Origin: a virus
Lineage: Duplodnaviria > Heunggongvirae > Uroviricota > Caudoviricetes
Direction: 5' to 3' (one strand)
IMG/VR virus record: IMGVR_UViG_2713896897_000015
Location: 1 to 33,057 of that record
Length of the DNA: 33,057 nt
Below are positions 8,266 through 17,646 of this stretch, piece after piece; position 1 is the stretch's first letter; each line of letters opens with the position of its first letter. Both the position numbers and the translations under genes were made by a program. The notes under the pieces are model-generated. The model was not told where the DNA came from. It made no database searches and saw only the letters and a program-made list of their open reading frames with translations.

Positions 8266-9150
8266 ATGAAATTTTATACTCCATTAAGATACCCCGGCGG
8301 GAAAGGTAAGTTATCTTACTTTTTAAAAGATGTTATTGAAAAAAACTCGTTGAATGATGGAGCATATGCAGAACCTTACGCTGGTGGTGCAGGGGTGGCT
8401 TTAGAATTATTATTGGAAGAGTATGTCCGTAAAATCTATATAAATGATGCAGATTTTGCTGTTTATTCTTTTTGGTCATCTGTTGTTAGTGATACTGATG
8501 AGCTTTGCCGACTTATTAGCCGAGCAAAGATAGATATGGATGAATGGTCTTTTCATCGCTATGTTATTTCGAATCCTTCTGAGTTTACTAAGCTTGAGGT
8601 TGGCTTTGCTGCGTTTTTCTTAAATAGAACAAATCGTTCAGGTATTCTCAAGGCGGGGGTTATAGGTGGGAAATCACAAAATGGAAAATGGAAAATGGAT
8701 GTTCGCTTTAACAGGGCGGATTTAATTTCAAGAATTGAGAAGATAGCAAATTATAATCAAAGAATAGTAGTAACTAATCTGGATGCTTTGGATTTTCTTG
8801 ATGCCTTGAATTTTATGGATAATATGGGAAAGGTGGATAAAAATAAAATTCTTTTGTATTTGGATCCTCCTTACTATATTAAAGGGCAAGGGCTTTACAG
8901 GAATTTTTATGAGCATGATGATCATGTATTGGTTATGAAGAAACTCACAGAAATTAATTTCCCAAATTGGCTTGTTTCTTATGATAATGCTAAGGAAATT
9001 AAAGATATTTATAATGAATTTCCGCAAGTTGAGTATTCATTGCAATATACAGCGCATCTCAAAAAATCTGGAGAGGAAGTGATGATTTTTTCTCCTGAAA
9101 TAATTATTCCTAATACCCTGAAAGGGGTCTCAATGCCAACTTGCGCCTGA
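8266..9150 (+). CDS. Dam-family (D12 class) N6-adenine DNA methyltransferase; cargo gene 2
   Basis: 294-aa ORF with RYPGGKGKL (compare Dam KWAGGK), EPYAGGAGV (compare Dam EPFVGAGSV) and DPPY catalytic motif (LYLDPPYY). AGGGA RBS upstream; 69-bp gap after the ParB-like gene suggests an operon. AT-rich. Confidence 0.9.
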   Translation: MKFYTPLRYPGGKGKLSYFLKDVIEKNSLNDGAYAEPYAGGAGVALELLLEEYVRKIYINDADFAVYSFWSSVVSDTDELCRLISRAKIDMDEWSFHRYVISNPSEFTKLEVGFAAFFLNRTNRSGILKAGVIGGKSQNGKWKMDVRFNRADLISRIEKIANYNQRIVVTNLDALDFLDALNFMDNMGKVDKNKILLYLDPPYYIKGQGLYRNFYEHDDHVLVMKKLTEINFPNWLVSYDNAKEIKDIYNEFPQVEYSLQYTAHLKKSGEEVMIFSPEIIIPNTLKGVSMPTCA

Positions 9151-9297
9151 TTTTACTTATTTTTTGTCAGTAAGTAATTAGTTTGGTGCATTTATTTGCA
9201 TTCATTTTTAAATGCCAGTTCTGGTATCTGACATCAGTGCTGGCGCATTCTGACCATTACTGCTGCACTGCATTTAAAGCCCTGCATGAAGCGGGCG

Positions 9298-9316
9298 GGC
9301 GAGGCGGGGAAAGCAC
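9298..9316. other. cos site (19-nt cohesive-end sequence)
   Basis: GGCGAGGCGGGGAAAGCAC matches the P2 cohesive-end sequence as I recall it, and lies where expected between the A-side cargo and Q. Confidence 0.6.
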
Positions 9317-9458
9317 TGCGCGCTGGCGGTGGTGCTGATTTTATTTTTTCAGCGTCTGAGCGCGTCGTGATGGCGTTTAGATTGTTCGCCGGGGCGTTGG
9401 TTTGTCTGCGGGCTGTTTTGTGCGGTGGTGAGCGTGTGAGGGCGTGATGGCGGGTTGT

Positions 9459-9480
9459 AAAAAAGCCGCCCGCAGGCGGC
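9459..9480 (-). terminator. Rho-independent terminator downstream of Q (minus strand)
   Basis: Minus-strand RNA reads GCCGCC-UGCG-GGCGGC followed by UUUUUU, starting 6 nt after the Q stop. Confidence 0.55.
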
Positions 9481-9485
9481 GATGT

Positions 9486-10520
9486 TCAGCCGTTGTCAGT
9501 GTCCAGTGAGTAGTTTTTAAATCGGATGACCTCCTGACCGAGCCAGCCGTTTATCTCGCGGATCCTGTCCTGTAACGGGATAAGCTCATTGCGGACAAAG
9601 ACCTTTGCCACTTTCTCAATATCACCCAGCGACCCGACGTTCTCCGGCTTGCCCCCCATCAACTGAAAGGGGATGCGGTGCGCGTCCAGCAGGTCAGCGG
9701 CGCTGGCTTTTTTGATATTAAAAAAATCGTCCTTCGTTGCCACTTCACTGAGCGGGATAATTTTAATGCCGTCGGCTTTCCCCTGCGGGGCATAGAGAAA
9801 CAGATTTTTAAAGTTATTGCGGCCTTTTGACTTAACCATGTTTTCGCGAAGCATTTCGATATCGTTGCGGTCCTGCACGGCATCGGTGACGTACATGATG
9901 TATCCGGCATGAGCGCCGTTTTCGTAATACTTGCGGCGGAACAGCGTGGCCGACTCATTCAGCCAGGCAGAGTTAAGGGCGCTGAGATATTCCGGCAGGC
10001 CGTACAGCTCCTGATTAATATCAGGCTCCAGCAGATGAAACACGGAGCCGGGCGCGAAAGGTGTCGGCTCGTTGAAGGACGGCACCCACCAGTAAACATC
10101 CTCCTCCACGCCACGACGGGTATATTTTGCCGGTGAGGTTTCCAGTCTGATGACCTTACCGGTGGTGCTGTAACGCTTTTCCAGAAACGCATTACCGAAC
10201 ACCAGAAAATCCAGCACAAAACGGCTGAAATCCTGCTGGGAAAGCCACGGGTGCGGGATAAACGTTGAAGCCAGAATATTACGTTTGACGTAAATCGGTG
10301 AGCTGTGATGCACGGCAGCACGCAGGCTTTTTGCCAGACCGGTAAAGCTGACCGGCGGCTCATACCATCTGCCGTTACTGATGCACTCGACGTAATCCAG
10401 AATGTCACGGCGGTCGAGTACCGGCACCGGCTCACCAAAGGTGAATGCCTCCATTTTCGGGGCGCTGGCGGTCATTGTTTTTGCCGCAGGTTGCGGTGTT
10501 TTCCCTTTTTTCTTGCTCAT
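9486..10520 (-). CDS. Q: Portal protein
   Basis: 344-aa ORF, first gene after cos and transcribed leftward together with P as in P2; start codon overlaps the P stop. Confidence 0.95.
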   Translation of the reverse strand: MSKKKGKTPQPAAKTMTASAPKMEAFTFGEPVPVLDRRDILDYVECISNGRWYEPPVSFTGLAKSLRAAVHHSSPIYVKRNILASTFIPHPWLSQQDFSRFVLDFLVFGNAFLEKRYSTTGKVIRLETSPAKYTRRGVEEDVYWWVPSFNEPTPFAPGSVFHLLEPDINQELYGLPEYLSALNSAWLNESATLFRRKYYENGAHAGYIMYVTDAVQDRNDIEMLRENMVKSKGRNNFKNLFLYAPQGKADGIKIIPLSEVATKDDFFNIKKASAADLLDAHRIPFQLMGGKPENVGSLGDIEKVAKVFVRNELIPLQDRIREINGWLGQEVIRFKNYSLDTDNG

Positions 10521-12292
10521 CAGTAAAACTCCAGAATGGTGGATGTCAGCGGGGTGCTGATACCGGCGGTGAGTGGCTCATTTAACAGGGCGTGCATGGT
10601 CGCCCAGGCGAGGTCGGCGTGGCTGGCTTCCTCGCTGCGGCTGGCCTCATAGGTGGCGCTGCGTCCGCTGCTGGTCATGGTCTTGCGGATAGCCATAAAC
10701 GAGCTGGTGATGTCGGTGGCGCTGACGTCATATTCCAGACAGCCACGGCGGATGACGTCTTTTGCCTTGAGCACCATTGCGGTTTTCATTTCCGGCGTGT
10801 AGCGGATGTCGCGCGCGGCGGGATAGAACGAGCGCACGAGCTGGAACACGCCGACACCGAGGCCGGTGGCATCAATACCGATGTATTCGACGTTGTATTT
10901 TTCGGTGAGTTTGCGGATGGATTCAGCCTGGGTGGCAAAGTCCATGCCTTTCCACTGGTGACGCTCAAGTATTCTGAATTTGCCACCGGCCACCGCCGGC
11001 GGTGCCAGCACCACGCATCCGGCACTGTCGCCACGGTGTGACGGGTCGTAACCAATCCATACCGGGCGGGAGCCGAACGGATTGGCGGCAAACGGCGCAT
11101 AGTCTTCCCATTCTTCCAGCGTGTCGACCATGCAGCGTTGCAGCTCCTCGAACGGGAACACCGACGCCTTGTCGTCAACAAATTCACACATGAACAGGTT
11201 TTTAAAATCGTCGGCGCTGTTTTCACGTTTGAGCTGCTCAATGTCGAACAGTGTGCAGCCGCCTTTCAGGGCGTCCTCAATGGTGACAATCTGCCGCCAC
11301 TGGCCGTCCGCACAGAGAAGACCACCGGCAAGGGCGTTATGACTGACGTCGATTTCCACACGTTCGGCGGCGCTGGCGCGTCCCCGGTTGAACAGTTCAC
11401 CTGACCAGAACGGGTAGGCGTCGTGCGCCAGCGTGGACGGGGTGGAGAAATAGGTCGAGCGCAGGTGACTCTGTGAGGCCATACCTGATGCCACCTTACG
11501 CAGTACCTGAAAATTCGGGATCCAGAAAATCTCATCGACGTACAGGTCGCCGTTATGGCTCTGTGCGGTGTTGGAGTTGGTGCCGAGAAAAATCAGTTTT
11601 GCACAGTTATTGCCCAGGACAATCGGGTCACCGGTCAGGTCAACGTCAACCAGCCGGGCAAAGGCAATGATGTATTCGCGGAACACATACGCCTGCGTTT
11701 TACTGGCCGACAGAAAAATCTGGTTATGACCGGTTTTCAGGGCGCGCAGCAGCGCCTCGCGGGAAAAATAAAACGTCGCGCCAATCTGGCGGGATTTCAG
11801 GATATCGCGGATGCGGTGCTCAAGCCCGGCGCGATACCAGTGCAACTGATATTCGAAAGACTGCTCAAAGAAAATCTGCTCCAGCTTTTCGATGGCTTCG
11901 TCGCTGAAAAAATTCTTTTTCGGTTTGCGCCGCCCGCCTTTGTTGCGGTTAGCGACGTTCGGATTAAGGTCTGCCTCGTTGCCGGTCTGACTGTAGCGGT
12001 TGACCCGTGCCAGTCGTTCAATCTGGCGTCCCAGCAGGTCAATTTCCTTGAAGTCACCGCCGGTTTTCTGCGGTTTGATGATGAGCTGGGTCAGCCGCGC
12101 TTCCAGACTCATTTCGACACGGCTGATGGGGGCAACGCTGTCCCAGCCGTCGCGCTGTTTCCAGCTCTGCACCGTCGGGCGTTTCATCTGCAACATGGCG
12201 GCAATCTGCGGCACGGAAAATCCCTGCCAGTACAGCAGCGCCGCCTGACGACGCGGGTCGTGTAAAAGAGTGGTGTCTGTGGTGATGGTCAT
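10520..12292 (-). CDS. P: Terminase large (ATPase) subunit
   Basis: ORF-track entry extends to a TTG at 12322. The ATG at 12292 gives 590 aa beginning MTITTDTTLLHDPRRQ, the P2 P length. Confidence 0.95.
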   Translation of the reverse strand: MTITTDTTLLHDPRRQAALLYWQGFSVPQIAAMLQMKRPTVQSWKQRDGWDSVAPISRVEMSLEARLTQLIIKPQKTGGDFKEIDLLGRQIERLARVNRYSQTGNEADLNPNVANRNKGGRRKPKKNFFSDEAIEKLEQIFFEQSFEYQLHWYRAGLEHRIRDILKSRQIGATFYFSREALLRALKTGHNQIFLSASKTQAYVFREYIIAFARLVDVDLTGDPIVLGNNCAKLIFLGTNSNTAQSHNGDLYVDEIFWIPNFQVLRKVASGMASQSHLRSTYFSTPSTLAHDAYPFWSGELFNRGRASAAERVEIDVSHNALAGGLLCADGQWRQIVTIEDALKGGCTLFDIEQLKRENSADDFKNLFMCEFVDDKASVFPFEELQRCMVDTLEEWEDYAPFAANPFGSRPVWIGYDPSHRGDSAGCVVLAPPAVAGGKFRILERHQWKGMDFATQAESIRKLTEKYNVEYIGIDATGLGVGVFQLVRSFYPAARDIRYTPEMKTAMVLKAKDVIRRGCLEYDVSATDITSSFMAIRKTMTSSGRSATYEASRSEEASHADLAWATMHALLNEPLTAGISTPLTSTILEFY

Positions 12293-12465
12293 GAATACCT
12301 CGCCGTGATGAATACACGGCAAGGCTACTGAGTCGCGCCCCGCGATTCGCTAAGGTGCTGTTGTGTCAGTGATAAGCCATCCGGGACTGATGGCGGAGGA
12401 TGCGCATCGTCGGGAAACTGATGCCGACATGTGACTCCTCTAATCACTATTCAGGACTCCTGACA

Positions 12466-13320
12466 ATGGCAAAAAAAGTCTCAAAATTCTTTCGTATCGG
12501 CGTTGAGGGTGACACCTGTGACGGGCGTGTCATCAGTGCGCAGGATATTCAGGAAATGGCCGAAACCTTTGACCCGCGAGTCTATGGTTGCCGCATTAAC
12601 CTGGAACATCTGCGCGGCATCCTGCCTGACGGTATTTTTAAGCGTTATGGCGATGTGGCCGAACTGAAGGCCGAAAAGATTGACGATGATTCGGCGCTGA
12701 AAGGCAAATGGGCGCTGTTTGCGAAAATCACCCCGACCGATGACCTTATCGCGATGAACAAGGCCGCGCAGAAGGTCTACACCTCAATGGAAATTCAGCC
12801 GAACTTTGCCAACACTGGCAAATGTTATCTGGTGGGGCTGGCCGTCACCGATGACCCGGCAAGCCTCGGCACGGAATACCTGGAATTCTGCCGCACGGCA
12901 AAACACAACCCCCTGAACCGCTTCAAATTAAGCCCTGAAAACCTGATTTCAGTGGCAACGCCTGTTGAGCTGGAATTTGAAGACCTGCCTGAAACCGTGT
13001 TCACCGCCCTGACCGAAAAGGTGAAATCCATTTTTGGCCGCAAACAGGCCAGCGATGACGCCCGTCTGAATGACGTGCATGAAGCGGTGACCGCTGTCGC
13101 TGAGCATGTGCAGGAAAAACTGAGCGCCACTGAGCAGCGCCTTGCTGAGATGGAAACCGCCTTTTCCGCACTTAAGCAGGATGTGACTGACAGGGCGGAT
13201 GAAACCAGTCAGGCATTCACCCGCCTGAAAAACAGCCTCGACCACACCGAAAGTCTGACCCAGCAGCGCCGCAGCAAGGCCACCGGCGGTGGCGGTGACG
13301 CCCTGATGACGAACTGCTGA
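12466..13320 (+). CDS. O: Capsid scaffolding protein
   Basis: ORF 12400-13320. The ATG at 12466 (AGGA upstream) gives 284 aa beginning MAKKVSKFFRIGVEGDT, the P2 O length. Confidence 0.9.
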   Translation: MAKKVSKFFRIGVEGDTCDGRVISAQDIQEMAETFDPRVYGCRINLEHLRGILPDGIFKRYGDVAELKAEKIDDDSALKGKWALFAKITPTDDLIAMNKAAQKVYTSMEIQPNFANTGKCYLVGLAVTDDPASLGTEYLEFCRTAKHNPLNRFKLSPENLISVATPVELEFEDLPETVFTALTEKVKSIFGRKQASDDARLNDVHEAVTAVAEHVQEKLSATEQRLAEMETAFSALKQDVTDRADETSQAFTRLKNSLDHTESLTQQRRSKATGGGGDALMTNC

Positions 13321-13378
13321 CCGGCGTCAGTCAGTCCGGAAAAACCTTCACGATTAACCCTTAATTTCAGGAAAAACT

Positions 13379-14452
13379 ATGCGCCAGGAAACCCGCTTTA
13401 AATTTAATGCCTACCTGTCCCGTGTTGCCGAACTGAACGGCATCGACGCCGGTGATGTGTCGAAAAAATTCACCGTTGAACCGTCGGTCACCCAGACCCT
13501 GATGAACACCATGCAGGAATCCTCTGATTTCCTGACCCGCATCAACATTGTGCCGGTCAGCGAAATGAAAGGGGAAAAAATTGGCATCGGTGTCACCGGC
13601 TCCATCGCCAGCACCACCGACACCGCCGGTGGCACCGAGCGTCAGCCGAAGGACTTCTCGAAGCTGGCGTCAAACAAGTACGAATGCGACCAGATTAACT
13701 TCGATTTTTATATCCGCTACAAAACGCTTGACCTGTGGGCGCGTTATCAGGATTTCCAGCTCCGTATCCGTAACGCCATTATCAAACGCCAGTCCCTTGA
13801 TTTCATCATGGCCGGTTTTAACGGCGTGAAGCGTGCCGAAACCTCTGACCGCAGCAGCAATCCGATGTTGCAGGATGTGGCGGTCGGCTGGCTGCAGAAA
13901 TACCGCAATGAAGCCCCGGCGCGCGTGATGAGCAAGGTCACTGACGAGGAAGGTCGCACCACCTCTGAGGTCATCCGCGTGGGTAAGGGCGGTGATTATG
14001 CCAGCCTTGATGCACTGGTGATGGATGCGACCAACAACCTGATTGAGCCGTGGTATCAGGAAGACCCTGACCTTGTGGTGATTGTGGGGCGTCAGCTACT
14101 GGCGGACAAGTATTTCCCCATCGTTAACAAGGAGCAGGACAACAGCGAAATGCTGGCCGCTGACGTCATCATCAGCCAGAAACGCATCGGTAACCTGCCA
14201 GCGGTACGCGTCCCGTACTTCCCGGCGGATGCGATGCTCATCACGAAGCTGGAAAACCTGTCCATCTACTACATGGATGACAGCCATCGCCGCGTGATTG
14301 AGGAAAACCCGAAACTCGACCGCGTGGAGAACTACGAGTCAATGAACATTGATTACGTGGTGGAAGACTACGCCGCCGGTTGTCTGGTGGAAAAAATTAA
14401 GGTCGGTGATTTCTCCACACCGGCTAAGGCGACCGCAGAGCCGGGAGCGTAA
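13379..14452 (+). CDS. N: Major capsid protein
   Basis: 357-aa ORF following the scaffold gene, the P2 N length. Confidence 0.95.
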   Translation: MRQETRFKFNAYLSRVAELNGIDAGDVSKKFTVEPSVTQTLMNTMQESSDFLTRINIVPVSEMKGEKIGIGVTGSIASTTDTAGGTERQPKDFSKLASNKYECDQINFDFYIRYKTLDLWARYQDFQLRIRNAIIKRQSLDFIMAGFNGVKRAETSDRSSNPMLQDVAVGWLQKYRNEAPARVMSKVTDEEGRTTSEVIRVGKGGDYASLDALVMDATNNLIEPWYQEDPDLVVIVGRQLLADKYFPIVNKEQDNSEMLAADVIISQKRIGNLPAVRVPYFPADAMLITKLENLSIYYMDDSHRRVIEENPKLDRVENYESMNIDYVVEDYAAGCLVEKIKVGDFSTPAKATAEPGA

Positions 14453-14455
14453 CCG

Positions 14456-15199
14456 ATGACGAGTCCCGCACAGCGCCACATGATGCGGGTCTCGGCAGCG
14501 ATGACCGCGCAGCGGGAAGCCGCCCCGCTGCGACATGCAACTGTCTATGAGCAGATGCTGGTTAAGCTCGCCGCAGACCAGCGCACACTGAAAGCGATTT
14601 ATTCAAAAGAGCTGAAGGCCGCGAAAAAACGCGAACTGCTGCCGTTCTGGTTGCCGTGGGTGAACGGCGTTCTGGAGCAGGGCAAAGGTGCACAGGATGA
14701 CATTCTGATGACGGTCATGCTGTGGCGTCTGGATACCGGCGATATTGCCGGTGCGCTGGAGATTGCCCGTTATGCCCTGAAGTACGGTCTGACCATGCCG
14801 GGTAAACACCGCCGCACCCCGCCGTACATGTTCACCGAGGAGGTCGCGCTTGCGGCCATGCGTGCCCACGCTGCCGGTGAGTCTGTGGATACCCGCCTGC
14901 TGACGGACACCCTTGAACTGACCGCCACGGCTGACATGCCTGATGAAGTGCGCGCAAAGCTGCACAAAATCACCGGTCTGTTTCTGCGTGACGCTGGTGA
15001 TGCCGCCGGTGCGCTGGCTCACCTGCAACGTGCGACACAGCTCGACTGTCAGGCAGGCGTCAAAAAAGAGATTGAACGACTGGAGCGGGAGCTGAAACCG
15101 AAGCCGGAGCCGCAGCCAAAAGCGGCCACCCGTGCCCCGCGTAAGACCCGGAGCGTGACACCGGCAAAACGTGGACGCCCGAAAAAGAAAGCCAGTTAA
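14456..15199 (+). CDS. M: Terminase small (endonuclease) subunit
   Basis: 247-aa ORF immediately after N, with a basic C-terminal tail (KRGRPKKKAS); P2 M length. Confidence 0.9.
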   Translation: MTSPAQRHMMRVSAAMTAQREAAPLRHATVYEQMLVKLAADQRTLKAIYSKELKAAKKRELLPFWLPWVNGVLEQGKGAQDDILMTVMLWRLDTGDIAGALEIARYALKYGLTMPGKHRRTPPYMFTEEVALAAMRAHAAGESVDTRLLTDTLELTATADMPDEVRAKLHKITGLFLRDAGDAAGALAHLQRATQLDCQAGVKKEIERLERELKPKPEPQPKAATRAPRKTRSVTPAKRGRPKKKAS

Positions 15200-15298
15200 C
15201 AACCGAATGCGCCCCGCGCCAGGGCGGCACGCCGGTCAGTGAGGGTGAATCACCTGACACTGCACCGGCGTCCACCGCCCGACTTTTCAGAGGTAGTC

Positions 15299-15808
15299 AT
15301 GATGACGCTGATTATTCCGCGAAAGGAGGCTCCCGTGTCCGGTGAGGGTACGGTGGTCATCCCGCAACCGGCAGGCGACGAGCCGGTGATTAAAAACACG
15401 TTCTTTTTTCCCGATATCGACCCGAAGCGCGTCCGGGAACGTATGCGCCTTGAGCAGACCGTCGCCCCCGCCCGTCTGCGTGAGGCCATCAAGTCAGGCA
15501 TGGCTGAAACGAATGCGGAGCTGTACGAGTACCGCGAACAGAAAATTGCCGCCGGTTTTACGCGTCTGGCGGACGTCCCGGCGGACGACATCGACGGTGA
15601 AAGCATCAAAGTTTTTTACTACGAGCGCGCCGTGTGTGCGATGGCGACCGCATCGCTTTATGAGCGTTATCGCGGCGTGGATGCCAGTGCGAAAGGCGAC
15701 AAGAAGGCCGACAGCATTGACAGCACCATTGATGAGCTGTGGCGGGATATGCGCTGGGCGGTGGCGCGTATCCAGGACAAGCCGCGCTGCATCGTGAGTC
15801 AAATCTGA
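15299..15808 (+). CDS. L: Head completion/stabilisation protein
   Basis: ORF 15239-15808 starts at GTG. The ATG at 15299 (GAGG upstream) gives 169 aa, the P2 L length. Confidence 0.9.
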   Translation: MMTLIIPRKEAPVSGEGTVVIPQPAGDEPVIKNTFFFPDIDPKRVRERMRLEQTVAPARLREAIKSGMAETNAELYEYREQKIAAGFTRLADVPADDIDGESIKVFYYERAVCAMATASLYERYRGVDASAKGDKKADSIDSTIDELWRDMRWAVARIQDKPRCIVSQI

Positions 15809-16011
15809 TGAAGACCTTTGCGCTACAGGGCGACACGCTCGACGCCATTTGTGTCCGGTATTACGGGCGCACTGAGGGCGTGGTCGAAGTCGTGCTCGCC
15901 GCAAATCCGGGACTGGCTGAACTGGGGGCGGTGCTGCCACATGGCACCGCCGTCGAACTGCCCGACGTTCAGACCGCGCCCGTGGCTGAAACTGTCAATC
16001 TGTGGGAGTAA
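15808..16011 (+). CDS. X: Tail protein X (LysM-like)
   Basis: ATG at 15808 overlaps the L stop (ATGA) and gives 67 aa, MKTFALQGDTLDAICVRYYG..., the P2 X length. Confidence 0.85.
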   Translation: MKTFALQGDTLDAICVRYYGRTEGVVEVVLAANPGLAELGAVLPHGTAVELPDVQTAPVAETVNLWE

Positions 16012-16014
16012 CGC

Positions 16015-16296
16015 ATGACAGCAGAAGAAAAAAGCGTCCTGTCGCTTTTCATGATTGGGGTGCTGATTGTTGTCGGCAAGGTGCTTGCCGGTGGTGAACC
16101 CATCACCCCGCGTCTGTTTATCGGGCGCATGTTGCTCGGTGGTTTTGTCTCGATGGTTGCCGGTGTTGTTCTGGTGCAGTTTCCTGACCTGTCACTGCCT
16201 GCGGTGTGCGGCATCGGCTCCATGCTGGGTATCGCCGGTTATCAGGTGATTGAGATTGCCATTCAGCGCCGCTTTAAGAGCAGGGGGAAACCGTAA
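16015..16296 (+). CDS. Y: Holin
   Basis: 93-aa ORF with two or three hydrophobic transmembrane segments and a charged C-terminus, upstream of the endolysin. Confidence 0.9.
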   Translation: MTAEEKSVLSLFMIGVLIVVGKVLAGGEPITPRLFIGRMLLGGFVSMVAGVVLVQFPDLSLPAVCGIGSMLGIAGYQVIEIAIQRRFKSRGKP

Positions 16297-16793
16297 TGCC
16301 GGTAATTAACACGCATCAGAATATCGCCGCCTTTCTCGACATGCTGGCCGTGTCCGAAGGGACGGCGAACCATCCGCTGACGAAAAACCGGGGCTATGAC
16401 GTGATAGTCACCGGACTGGACGGAAAGCAGGAAATTTTCACCGACTACAGTGACCACCCGTTCGCACATGGTCGACCGGCGAAGGTGTTTAACCGTCGCG
16501 GTGAAAAATCCACGGCCTCCGGTCGCTATCAGCAGCTTTACCTGTTCTGGCCGCATTACCGCAAACAGCTTGCCCTGCCGGATTTCAGTCCGTTGTCACA
16601 GGACAGACTCGCCATTCAGTTGATCCGCGAACGCGGTGCACTGGATGACATCCGGGCGGGACGCATTGAGCGCGCCATTTCACGCTGTCGCAATATCTGG
16701 GCGTCCCTGCCGGGTGCCGGTTACGGTCAGCGTGAGCATTCACTGGAAAAACTGGTCACCGTCTGGCGTACCGCTGGCGGCGTACCGGCTTAA
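16296..16793 (+). CDS. K: Endolysin (lysozyme-like)
   Basis: 165-aa ORF in the lysis cassette between holin and lysA, the P2 K length. Confidence 0.9.
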   Translation: MPVINTHQNIAAFLDMLAVSEGTANHPLTKNRGYDVIVTGLDGKQEIFTDYSDHPFAHGRPAKVFNRRGEKSTASGRYQQLYLFWPHYRKQLALPDFSPLSQDRLAIQLIRERGALDDIRAGRIERAISRCRNIWASLPGAGYGQREHSLEKLVTVWRTAGGVPA

Positions 16794-16807
16794 ACGGAGT
16801 AAACACC

Positions 16808-17233
16808 ATGAAGAAATTATCCCTTTCACTGATGCTGAACGTGTCGCTGGCGCTGATGCTGGCACTGTCCCTGATTTATCCGCAGAGCGTGGCCGTCAGT
16901 TTTGTCGCTGCCTGGGCGATTCTGGCGACGGTTATCTGTGTGGTTGCCGGTGGTGTCGGCGTGTATGCCACTGAGTATGTGCTGGAACGCTACGGGCGGG
17001 AGCTGCCGCCTGAATCGCTGGCCGTGAAGATTGTCACGTCGCTGTTTTTGCAGCCGGTGCCGTGGCGCAGACGGGCGGCGGCTCTGGTGGTGATGGTGGC
17101 GACGTTTATCTCGCTGGTCGCTGCCGGGTGGATTTTTACCGCGCTGATTTACCTCGTGGCGTCGGTGTTCTTCCGGCTGATACGTACGGCCTGTCGTCAG
17201 CGTTTTGAGGGGTGGGAACCATGTCAAAGCTGA
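16808..17233 (+). CDS. lysA: LysA (membrane protein, lysis timing/antiholin-like)
   Basis: 141-aa ORF predicted to have four hydrophobic helices; P2 LysA position and length. Confidence 0.8.
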   Translation: MKKLSLSLMLNVSLALMLALSLIYPQSVAVSFVAAWAILATVICVVAGGVGVYATEYVLERYGRELPPESLAVKIVTSLFLQPVPWRRRAAALVVMVATFISLVAAGWIFTALIYLVASVFFRLIRTACRQRFEGWEPCQS

Positions 17234-17646
17234 TGATTGCGATGGTTGTGTTGTTATCGCTGGCGGTGGCGGGGCTGTTTCTGGCGAAGCATGAAAACGC
17301 CAGCCTGCGCGCCTCGCTGGACAGGGTGAACAACGTCGCCAGTGAACAGCAGACGACCATCACCATGCTGAAAAATCAGCTTCATGTTGCCCTCACCAGG
17401 GCAGACAAAAACGAGCTGGCGCAGGTGGCACTGCGTCAGGAACTGGAGAACGCCGCGAAGCGTGAAGCACAGCGCGAGAAAACCATCACGAGGTTACTTA
17501 ATGAAAACGAAGATTTTCGCCGCTGGTACGGCGCTGACCTGCCTGATGCTGTGCGCCGGTTGCACCAGCGCCCGGCCTGCACTGACGCCAGTGATTGTCC
17601 ACAACGCCTGCCCGAAAGTGAGCCTTTGCCCGATGCCGGGCAGTGA
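17221..17646 (+). CDS. lysB: LysB (Rz-like inner-membrane spanin)
   Basis: ORF 17212-17646 starts at GTG. The ATG at 17221 gives 141 aa with an N-terminal transmembrane helix followed by a coiled-coil region. Confidence 0.85.
   Translation: MSKLMIAMVVLLSLAVAGLFLAKHENASLRASLDRVNNVASEQQTTITMLKNQLHVALTRADKNELAQVALRQELENAAKREAQREKTITRLLNENEDFRRWYGADLPDAVRRLHQRPACTDASDCPQRLPESEPLPDAGQ

Noticed and set aside
9151-9297. AT-rich hairpins after the methyltransferase stop (TTACTTA...TAAGTAA, GCATTTA...TAAATGC) as a possible terminator
   Set aside because: The stems are AT-only with large loops and no clear U-tract; too weak to call.
10592-12265. Multiple plus-strand ORFs (10592-11041, 11138-11404, 11555-12265 and others) inside the terminase gene P
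   Set aside because: Antisense shadow ORFs typical of this G+C-rich coding sequence; P on the minus strand has full-length family-consistent translation.
12293-12465. Ogr-dependent late promoters (TGT-N12-ACA dyad) in the P/O divergent region, upstream of V (18667-18732) and upstream of FI (24761-24819)
   Set aside because: Only near matches by eye (TGT-N12-CCA and TGT-N12-ACC), and I cannot place the -10/-35 elements reliably without alignment to the P2 late promoters. Late promoters are expected in these gaps but were not annotated.
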